53,324 bases of DNA, from IMG/VR virus record IMGVR_UViG_3300047562_004041, positions 1 to 53,324 of that record; one strand, 5' to 3'. The position numbers and the translations under genes are program-made. Position 1 is the first letter of the stretch, and every line of letters starts with the position of its first letter. The stretch is from a virus. Lineage: Duplodnaviria; Caudoviricetes. This document shows positions 46,916 to 53,324 of the stretch, one piece after another. Under the pieces are notes generated by a model. It had not been told where the DNA came from, did not search any database, and saw only the letters and a program-made list of their open reading frames with translations.

Positions 46916-47247
46916 CTTTTTTTCTTGCTTTCTTTACCTTGAACTCCCCAAAGCCTTGGGTTTACTCTACCGTAACCAAAATCAATCTTGGTTACTTTTT
47001 TTTCTTTATACTTATCGTAATATAAGTCAAAAATATCTACTCTTTTTCTTCCTCTACAAACATCTATATGATTATCATCATCTATTTTATAATAAACAAG
47101 ATAAGCATCGCTAGGTGATGTTGTATCTTTTATTTGTTCTATTGTCGCCTTTTCATATATTAATTCACAACCATAATTTAAATTTATTTGTATCTTTTCT
47201 TCTTTTGTCCATTCTGCCATTTTATCTTTATCTACAATGGTTTTCAT
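46912..47247 (-). CDS. Hypothetical protein (111 aa)
   Basis: ATGA overlaps at both ends; IFD.YYD...GYG..NP.LWG. Confidence 0.78.
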   Translation of the reverse strand: MKTIVDKDKMAEWTKEEKIQINLNYGCELIYEKATIEQIKDTTSPSDAYLVYYKIDDDNHIDVCRGRKRVDIFDLYYDKYKEKKVTKIDFGYGRVNPRLWGVQGKESKKKR

Positions 47248-47804
47248 GATCTACCTCCCCATTGGATGTCAGGATATGCTTCGCTAACAATAGGAAGTGT
47301 TATCTTATATTTAGAAGAAAGTTGCTTGTCTTTCGTCAAGATTAAAATCTCAGCTTCCAAAGGATGTAATCCTTCCAAAAGATTTATAAACATAGTTTCT
47401 TTTCTGAGTTTAGAAATCTGATCATTTCCACCAACAATAAAGTTGTAAAAAATACCAGCTTCTTTTCTCAATGAAGTTCTTTGTGCGTTACTGTATGTAT
47501 CTACAATTTGAGGGCTGTTTAATTGTTTATCAATACTGGAAGACAGTGTATCATTTCCAGAAGTTTGTTCTTGTATATTTGAATATGGCACTGGACCTTC
47601 AGGGATTGCAGATCGTATGCTATCATCAAAATTCCAAATTAAAATAGAAACGAGAGCATCATTGCGATACTCTCTAAGAATTTCTATTTTTTTATCTTTA
47701 GTTCTTTGCTTTGAAACAAGCTCAAGTATTTCATGTTGAAACGGATTTGGCTGCAACTGAGTGGGTTGAGCTTCATTCTTTTTATTAATTGTTTTGGTTG
47801 TCAT
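47244..47804 (-). CDS. Conserved T4-like hypothetical protein (186 aa)
   Basis: WNFD..I...PEG.VPY; RKE.MFI.LLEGLHP.EAE. Confidence 0.82.
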   Translation of the reverse strand: MTTKTINKKNEAQPTQLQPNPFQHEILELVSKQRTKDKKIEILREYRNDALVSILIWNFDDSIRSAIPEGPVPYSNIQEQTSGNDTLSSSIDKQLNSPQIVDTYSNAQRTSLRKEAGIFYNFIVGGNDQISKLRKETMFINLLEGLHPLEAEILILTKDKQLSSKYKITLPIVSEAYPDIQWGGRS

Positions 47805-47850
47805 TGTTAGTAAGTATCAATCTAAATTAAAAAAATATCAGTCGTAATTG

Positions 47851-48075
47851 TTATTCATCTTCATCATCTTCGTCTTCAAAATAATCAGGATTAAACGATA
47901 TTGCAACTACTTCATCTGGGATAATGTTACCATTATGATCATAAAATTCTGGATGTAACTTTGGAATTTCTCTGTAGTTCATCATATATTCTCTAGCTAC
48001 CCAACCCCCAATAATTCCAATAAGAAAAAACATCAAAACTAAAAAAGACCCAAAAACTAAACTAGTTGCTAACAT
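47851..48075 (-). CDS. Small membrane protein (74 aa)
   Basis: N-terminal TM helix; HPEFYD.NGN; acidic tail. Confidence 0.78.
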   Translation of the reverse strand: MLATSLVFGSFLVLMFFLIGIIGGWVAREYMMNYREIPKLHPEFYDHNGNIIPDEVVAISFNPDYFEDEDDEDE

Positions 48076-48085
48076 ATAATTTCTC

Positions 48086-48274
48086 CTAAGAACTTCTTTT
48101 TTTAAGATGTAACTCTACGCGAAAATGAAGTTCTCTTCTGAACAGAGAAACCATCTTAGCGTAAATAAAGCTAAAAATTTTTGGCTCCTCCTCTTTACTT
48201 TTTAAACTTCGGAGCATAAGCTCCGTACCTTTATTTATTCTAGGTTTTCTTTTTTCTTCCCGGTTTCTTGTCAT
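48086..48274 (-). CDS. Hypothetical basic protein (start uncertain)
   Basis: Track ORF; a late promoter motif at 48232-48238 suggests an internal start. Confidence 0.55.
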   Translation of the reverse strand: MTRNREEKRKPRINKGTELMLRSLKSKEEEPKIFSFIYAKMVSLFRRELHFRVELHLKKRSS

Positions 48275-48584
48275 GAATGTATTTTTCAGCGTCAGTCAAG
48301 ATAGAATGTATGTAATTACGAATCTTCCTTATAAAAGGTTTTGATAGGTGTCCATAAGCCTCTCTAAGCTGCCTATGAGCACTATCTTGTCCACCCTCTA
48401 AATACTCGTCCAATTCATCTATTAGATACTTTAAATTGATAGCAGTAATACTATCTAAAAATTGTTGAGTCTCAATTCTCTTTGCATCTTTACCTCTCAA
48501 ATATTGATAGAAATTCATTACAAATTTTTGCTCAACAAAAGCATAATCAATTGCTTTTTCTACATCATAACAATACTCGTACAT
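48240..48584 (-). CDS. Hypothetical protein (114 aa)
   Basis: YLEGG...QLREAYGH..KP..RKI. Confidence 0.8.
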   Translation of the reverse strand: MYEYCYDVEKAIDYAFVEQKFVMNFYQYLRGKDAKRIETQQFLDSITAINLKYLIDELDEYLEGGQDSAHRQLREAYGHLSKPFIRKIRNYIHSILTDAEKYIHDKKPGRKKKT

Positions 48585-48821
48585 CTATACAATTCCCTTT
48601 TCTTTTAAGTATTGAACAGTATCAGTACATCCACCAAGATGGTGTTCGTCCATTATCACTTGTGGAAATGTTGATCCTTTGCCAAATTCGGAATAAAATT
48701 CATCCCTTGTAAAATTTTCGCCCAATGTATATACTACATGATCAAGATTAGTTAATTTCATAACTTGCTTAATCTTATCACAATATGGACAACCCTGTTT
48801 TGAATAAATTGTAAATTTCAT
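48585..48821 (-). CDS. nrdC: Glutaredoxin
   Basis: CPYC; TFPQV; GGCTD. Confidence 0.93.
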   Translation of the reverse strand: MKFTIYSKQGCPYCDKIKQVMKLTNLDHVVYTLGENFTRDEFYSEFGKGSTFPQVIMDEHHLGGCTDTVQYLKEKGIV

Positions 48822-48828
48822 ATCTTTA

Positions 48829-48996
48829 TTAATAGTTAGTTGGATCTAATTTTTTTACTAAATTTCCTTTCCCTTCCAATGTCTTTACAAATAATTCTGT
48901 AAATCTTTCCATCTTATCTGGATGTACAGTAGCAGGATATTCATCTATTGCATTCTTTAGTGAATTTAATTCTTCCCATTCTTCAATGGTTAACAT
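48829..48996 (-). CDS. Hypothetical protein, 55 aa (MLTIEEWEELNSLKNAIDEYPATVHP...)
   Basis: Hand-translated; fills gap. Confidence 0.7.
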   Translation of the reverse strand: MLTIEEWEELNSLKNAIDEYPATVHPDKMERFTELFVKTLEGKGNLVKKLDPTNY

Positions 48997-49033
48997 AAGC
49001 CTAAGATCACATAATTACATTTATATTTAATTA

Positions 49034-49273
49034 TCAAAACATTCCACCAAAGAATGATGATCCATTATTCCCGTCTTTTTTCATTTTATCGATCATGTCC
49101 TCAAGTTTGTCAGAAAATTCTTCTGTTTTAATGATTCTATCAATAGCTACAAGAAGTTCAGAAATATTATAATTTATATTAGATTTTTCAGATCGAGCTG
49201 CATGTGCAAGAGCAGCTCGTAGAGATCCCTTTGCTTCTTCTAAATTCTCGATAACATTTTTAGATAATGCCAT
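49034..49273 (-). CDS. Hypothetical protein (79 aa)
   Basis: AAGGAG SD; clean ORF. Confidence 0.78.
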   Translation of the reverse strand: MALSKNVIENLEEAKGSLRAALAHAARSEKSNINYNISELLVAIDRIIKTEEFSDKLEDMIDKMKKDGNNGSSFFGGMF

Positions 49274-49341
49274 AATTCTCCTTTTTTTTACATTACTATT
49301 TTATCAAAAATTAAATAAAATTACAATAGGGAAATCCGTAC

Positions 49342-49557
49342 CTAATTAATTTCAATTTTATTATATATTTCATATATTGTATTACAAGTTTCAATTGACT
49401 CAGTTTCAAGAGATTCAATTCTTTTTTCTTGTTCGTCCAATCTTCGAATTATATTTACCATTGTATCCATTAAAGAATAATCAACTCCAGTTACTTCATC
49501 AGTAATCTTCAAGTTCACATTTTCATAATCCTTTAAAAATTTATCAAAAAAATTCAT
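49342..49557 (-). CDS. Hypothetical coiled-coil protein (71 aa)
   Basis: ATGA overlap. Confidence 0.7.
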   Translation of the reverse strand: MNFFDKFLKDYENVNLKITDEVTGVDYSLMDTMVNIIRRLDEQEKRIESLETESIETCNTIYEIYNKIEIN

Positions 49558-49850
49558 GGTTCTTTAATTTGTCTGAATGGAATGTTTAATGTCATCTCAT
49601 ATTTAACTGGGCATCCATCAGTAGACTTATACTTAGACACCCATTTATTTAACATAATCTTAGCATATGTTGGACGAACCGAAAATGCTTTTGTTCTAGC
49701 ATTAAAATACTCCTGAGATTTTTTTGGAAAATTTTCTGATTCGACCAACAAAGAATATTCTAATAAATTTAACTGAGATTCAAACTCTTTTTTATTGGCC
49801 TCAGTTGGATGTTCTACAACTAAATCAATCAATTCTTCAATCATTTTCAA
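49554..49850 (-). CDS. Hypothetical protein (98 aa)
   Basis: Packed ORF. Confidence 0.7.
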   Translation of the reverse strand: MKMIEELIDLVVEHPTEANKKEFESQLNLLEYSLLVESENFPKKSQEYFNARTKAFSVRPTYAKIMLNKWVSKYKSTDGCPVKYEMTLNIPFRQIKEP

Positions 49851-50046
49851 TGTAGTAAAATTTTTTCTCAGGAGTTTTTAATTGTTTTTTAATAAACTTT
49901 GTTGCTGATTCGAGTGAATAAAATTTAATCATTTTTGGAAAAATTTCCATCTCCATAAAATTCCACCAAATAAAAAACTTTTTATACTGTGGAAAAAAAC
50001 AGACTTCGCCTGATAAGTCTGATTGTTCTACTATTCGGTATTTCAT
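49837..50046 (-). CDS. Hypothetical protein (MKYRIVE...FFPQYKKFFIWW)
   Basis: ATGA overlap. Confidence 0.72.
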   Translation of the reverse strand: MKYRIVEQSDLSGEVCFFPQYKKFFIWWNFMEMEIFPKMIKFYSLESATKFIKKQLKTPEKKFYYIEND

Positions 50047-50273
50047 TGATTTCTATTGATTGTTGGTACAGTATACTCTACATTATTCCAATGTCGAACT
50101 ACACCAGCAACAATGAAACAATTTGTAATAAGGTAGGTAAAAAAGATTATCGATCTTACCACTGCAATTATGTCAGACTCACGATCACATTTTGATGCTT
50201 TTTCTCCTAATGCTTTTGCCCACCATCTCCAGGCATTCTTAGACTTTTTCTTTTTTTGCTGACTCATGTCCAA
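50043..50273 (-). CDS. Small membrane protein (WAKALGEKA...D..A..R motif)
   Basis: TM segment; packed ORF. Confidence 0.72.
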   Translation of the reverse strand: MDMSQQKKKKSKNAWRWWAKALGEKASKCDRESDIIAVVRSIIFFTYLITNCFIVAGVVRHWNNVEYTVPTINRNQ

Positions 50274-50427
50274 GTTCCCATGCAGTTTTTAGCCATTGCG
50301 TTAAAATTTCATTTTTTTTAAATGGGTCTGGACATTTGACATCCCCAAAAAATCTTTCAGATCTAGAAGAAAAATTTTCTGATTCATAAAACCAATCATC
50401 AAACTTAGTATAATCACTCATTTTCAA
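50239..50427 (-). CDS. Hypothetical protein (62 aa)
   Basis: FDDWF.E.E.FS.RSERF. Confidence 0.7.
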   Translation of the reverse strand: MKMSDYTKFDDWFYESENFSSRSERFFGDVKCPDPFKKNEILTQWLKTAWELGHESAKKEKV

Positions 50428-50665
50428 TTTTCCTTGGTTTTGTTTTAGTAACAGTGTAGTATTTTTTATTTAACTTATATCTAGAAATATATTTGTCCAA
50501 ATGCTCCTTACAAACAAAATAACAAACCTTCTCTTCTTTTCCATCTTTATGAACCAAAGTTAGAGGGAAAGTTTCATGAAATGGTAAGGTTTCAATTACA
50601 ACTTCTTCTTTAGGTTTTTCTCTTTTAGCCTGCGGTTTTAGTTTGACTGGCTTTTTCTTTGTCAT
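50414..50665 (-). CDS. Hypothetical protein (83 aa)
   Basis: K.CYF.C.EHLDKYI.RY. Confidence 0.72.
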   Translation of the reverse strand: MTKKKPVKLKPQAKREKPKEEVVIETLPFHETFPLTLVHKDGKEEKVCYFVCKEHLDKYISRYKLNKKYYTVTKTKPRKIENE

Positions 50666-50795
50666 TTAAAACTGATTTGTAATAGCGATTGTAGGAAAGA
50701 AATCGATTCATACTAGGGACAACTCCCAAAGAATCGCAGCATCTAATATAAGATACAAACTCAAACCAAGGAGAGGTAGGATCTGTATCGCTCAT
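50625..50795 (-). CDS. Hypothetical protein, 56 aa (MSDTDPTSPWFEFVSYIRCCDSLGV...)
   Basis: Hand-translated; ATGA overlap. Confidence 0.65.
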   Translation of the reverse strand: MSDTDPTSPWFEFVSYIRCCDSLGVVPSMNRFLSYNRYYKSVLNDKEKASQTKTAG

Positions 50796-51022
50796 AGTTT
50801 GTATTCAACCGATCCTTCATGTACAGATCCCTCATCATCCCAACCTTCTTGTTTCTTTTTAAGATACCATCGAGTTGATCGAATACAATCTTCTTCTGTA
50901 AGGCTAGTGATAACTCCGTTACCATCTTTATCTGTACTTTTCCAAGTTCCCCAACGAGCCTTCTCTACTTTGAAAGAATCATCAATCCAATTTACTTCAT
51001 CAGAATTGTTTTGGTGTTCCAT
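50792..51022 (-). CDS. Hypothetical protein (MEHQNNSDEVNWIDDSF...)
   Basis: ATG 51022 avoids long overlap. Confidence 0.7.
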   Translation of the reverse strand: MEHQNNSDEVNWIDDSFKVEKARWGTWKSTDKDGNGVITSLTEEDCIRSTRWYLKKKQEGWDDEGSVHEGSVEYKL

Positions 51023-51611
51023 AATAAGCTTTATCCTCTCTGTATCGTGTAATAATTGCAGATGCAAATTCAACAAAATTATCCATATTAGTTTGAATTT
51101 GCATCTCACTGTCATCAAAATTGTTAGTGATGCTTTCAATCATATCTTCTGATGGAATCTGGGACATCAAAAGGGCAAGAACTGCAATAATATACGAAGC
51201 AATGCTGTGCGCAGTACTAACATCTCGCATAGCAAGAATAGTATCAAATGTACTAGGAATTCCTTCTTCTTCGTTGCCATCTTCATCGGCACCATAAGAA
51301 GCAATTGCACCCATACCACAAATCCAGATTAGTTCAAAACACATAAAGTTTTGAACATCAGGTGAAATTAAAATCAATTCTTCTTTGGTTGGAATTTTTC
51401 CTTTTTGTAGGGTGTCAATGATATGATCCGGAACATCTTCCAACTCAAGTTCTTCAGACAGACATTCATTGAGATCATGCCTTTCCATTAGACACTCAAG
51501 AAAATCATAAGTAAAATCTGTAATCTCTTCTCCTTCCTTTTTGATTTCGTTAATCCTGGATTGAAGAGACTTTAGGTCAATTGAATTTGATTCTGTGCTC
51601 ATAGCATTCAA
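51000..51611 (-). CDS. Acidic hypothetical protein (203 aa)
   Basis: Long ORF; no recognised motif. Confidence 0.75.
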   Translation of the reverse strand: MNAMSTESNSIDLKSLQSRINEIKKEGEEITDFTYDFLECLMERHDLNECLSEELELEDVPDHIIDTLQKGKIPTKEELILISPDVQNFMCFELIWICGMGAIASYGADEDGNEEEGIPSTFDTILAMRDVSTAHSIASYIIAVLALLMSQIPSEDMIESITNNFDDSEMQIQTNMDNFVEFASAIITRYREDKAYYGTPKQF

Positions 51612-51874
51612 GTTTCAGATTCTACCTTACCAGATTTTTCTCCGCCTGTCAACTCCTTGTGTAGCTCTCGTGCCAGTTTTTCATATTTTCTTCTCATAAT
51701 AAAATTTGTTATTGGATTTTGTGGGTGAAAACGAATCATCCAATATAACCTTTCTATTTTAATTGAGATCAACTTAAAAACTAAATTTATTCCATCGGAA
51801 ACATTTTCGTCCACAACCATCATATAAACGATGATCCCAAATATGATTAATATAGTTGATTGGTATGTGATCAT
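51608..51874 (-). CDS. Membrane-anchored hypothetical protein (88 aa)
   Basis: N-terminal TM; HP.NP. Confidence 0.72.
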   Translation of the reverse strand: MITYQSTILIIFGIIVYMMVVDENVSDGINLVFKLISIKIERLYWMIRFHPQNPITNFIMRRKYEKLARELHKELTGGEKSGKVESET

Positions 51875-51876
51875 AA

Positions 51877-52065
51877 TTATAATCTGGTTTGACCTTCAAT
51901 CGTTGATCTAATATTACGAAGATAATCTAGGACAAGATTCTGGTAAATCAACAATTCTTTTTCACATTGTTGATTCTTTGCTTGGATTCTAATTTTACTA
52001 TGTGGAGTTTTAAGATCTTCTATAAGAAGATCAATTGATTCTAGATTTTTATTTTGATGTTTCAT
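51877..52065 (-). CDS. Hypothetical protein (62 aa)
   Basis: Packed ORF. Confidence 0.65.
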   Translation of the reverse strand: MKHQNKNLESIDLLIEDLKTPHSKIRIQAKNQQCEKELLIYQNLVLDYLRNIRSTIEGQTRL

Positions 52066-52096
52066 TTTAGTTTATGCCTTCCATATTATCTAACAT

Positions 52097-52408
52097 TTAG
52101 TCTCTTCGCATGGAATCATCATCATTTCTAAAGAAATTATAGAGATCATCAACAGTCATATTTGAGTCTAAATGTGTAGATGGATCAGGATTTCCTAAAT
52201 CCATAATTTGCATAAATTCGTCTAAACTACCTTTTTCTCCTTCTCCTTGTACTGCTATTCTTCTTGCTTTTCTTATAATTTCAGCTGCAGATCTATTTGC
52301 TTTAGACCATTTTTCGGCAAAGATCATATCTTCTAAACTTACTTCGTCTCCCTTTTTGATGCAATCAGCAATTTTTTCCAAACGAAGTCTTACTTGAGTT
52401 GAGAGCAT
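52097..52408 (-). CDS. Conserved cyanophage hypothetical protein (MLSTQ.RLRLE...)
   Basis: AGGAG SD; LD.F...MDLG.PDP..H. Confidence 0.8.
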   Translation of the reverse strand: MLSTQVRLRLEKIADCIKKGDEVSLEDMIFAEKWSKANRSAAEIIRKARRIAVQGEGEKGSLDEFMQIMDLGNPDPSTHLDSNMTVDDLYNFFRNDDDSMRRD

Positions 52409-52431
52409 GTTATTCTCCTGTTAAAAGGTAT

Positions 52432-52647
52432 TTATCTAGATTTTCTTTTGCTTTTGGGCTTGTTTGTATTTCCTACAAAAACTGTACCCACTCCTGCTGA
52501 TGCTGCTCTATGTGCTTCAATAAATTTTTTTGCCTGTAATTCAGTATTAACAACTTCTAATTGCTGACCATTAAAGATTATGATTAGCTGCTTTTTACCG
52601 AATGGAACTGCAGCATAATAATCTTGTGTGATAAATCCTTCTTTCAT
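52432..52647 (-). CDS. Hypothetical protein (71 aa)
   Basis: ATGA overlap. Confidence 0.72.
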   Translation of the reverse strand: MKEGFITQDYYAAVPFGKKQLIIIFNGQQLEVVNTELQAKKFIEAHRAASAGVGTVFVGNTNKPKSKRKSR

Positions 52648-53012
52648 AACATGTTTTTACGAGGTCGATATACTTTTAATTCTTGTCTTGACAATTGAGT
52701 TCTCCATTTTTCAATTTCATTTAGCTTTCCATCTGAATAAAATTGCTGCCTATAGAACCAGTCATAAAAATCACTATGTGCTTTAGATCGATTGCAAGAT
52801 TCACATGCACAAACTACATTTGTGATATGATCTGTCCCACCTTTTGCTTGTGGTATGATATGATCTATTGTTAGATTTTCTTCAGATTCACAATAAGCAC
52901 ATTTATGTTCCCATTTTTCTTTAATTGATTTTCTCCACAATCTTCTTGCTTCTGATGGAGATGATGTTTCTAGGTTGTAAAGATAATCTTCTGATGAATT
53001 GTAAAGTTGCAT
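52644..53012 (-). CDS. HNH endonuclease
   Basis: CAYC...LTIDHIIP..KGG....NVVCAC..CN..K. Confidence 0.92.
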   Translation of the reverse strand: MQLYNSSEDYLYNLETSSPSEARRLWRKSIKEKWEHKCAYCESEENLTIDHIIPQAKGGTDHITNVVCACESCNRSKAHSDFYDWFYRQQFYSDGKLNEIEKWRTQLSRQELKVYRPRKNML

Positions 53013-53104
53013 TCTTTAAATGAGAACTTATAATATCTATAGTTTCTTTGATCGTAATATAGATGTAAATGAATTCTATATGATACGAAATATCTTGATC
53101 TCTT

Positions 53105-53302
53105 TCAAGAAATTTTTGAATTCTTTTTAGCACAAGCACTCCTCGCCCAAGCACGACTTAAACTATTTACATAAGAACAAGATTTTTGTTTTTTGCCACA
53201 ATAGGGACACATTTCATTCGGTGGATCTGAAATATATCCCTCGGGAGTATACATCTTCTTCTTTTTTTGGTTCTCTAATTGTTTTCTTTTCCTATGATTC
53301 AT
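53105..53302 (-). CDS. Small Cys-rich basic protein (65 aa)
   Basis: CPYC....C...C. Confidence 0.65.
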   Translation of the reverse strand: MNHRKRKQLENQKKKKMYTPEGYISDPPNEMCPYCGKKQKSCSYVNSLSRAWARSACAKKNSKIS

Positions 53303-53324
53303 ACAATCACTGGTTCTTGCGATC

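Noticed and set aside
52644-53012. HNH as intron-encoded homing element
   Set aside because: Free-standing; no split gene or group I core seen
52921-53154. 77-aa ORF bridging HNH and last gene
   Set aside because: Large overlaps at both ends and no motif; a shorter GTG-started version cannot be excluded
1-53324. Stop-codon reassignment
   Set aside because: Core genes are full length in the standard code and no suppressor tRNA is present

Overview
An AT-rich 53-kb segment of a T4-like cyanomyovirus. The assignment rests on gp2, gp4, gp26, gp32, gp33, gp48, gp51, gp53 and gp59 homologues plus CP12, phoH, thyX and speD, all recognised by eye from motifs and gene order, with no database search. 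Almost all genes lie on the minus strand. 1-17.3 kb holds a tail-fibre/virion region: a collagen-like protein, two giant beta-helix proteins, an S8 protease and a Gly-rich fibre. 17.4-18.6 kb is a small sigma70-driven island with tRNA-Thr(UGU) and tRNA-Leu(UAA). 18.6-40 kb holds fibre, baseplate and tail genes, including two cell-wall-hydrolase-bearing tape-measure-like paralogues. 40-53 kb holds replication/auxiliary genes and many small ORFs. Two top findings: (1) nested phycobiliprotein-like helical domains, with the chromophore-position Cys retained, inside the 1323-aa virion protein; (2) a compact nitrogen-sensing cassette consisting of an NtcA-like box, a perfect sigma70 promoter, a glnA-type glutamine riboswitch, a DUF4278 peptide, a second peptide and a terminator.
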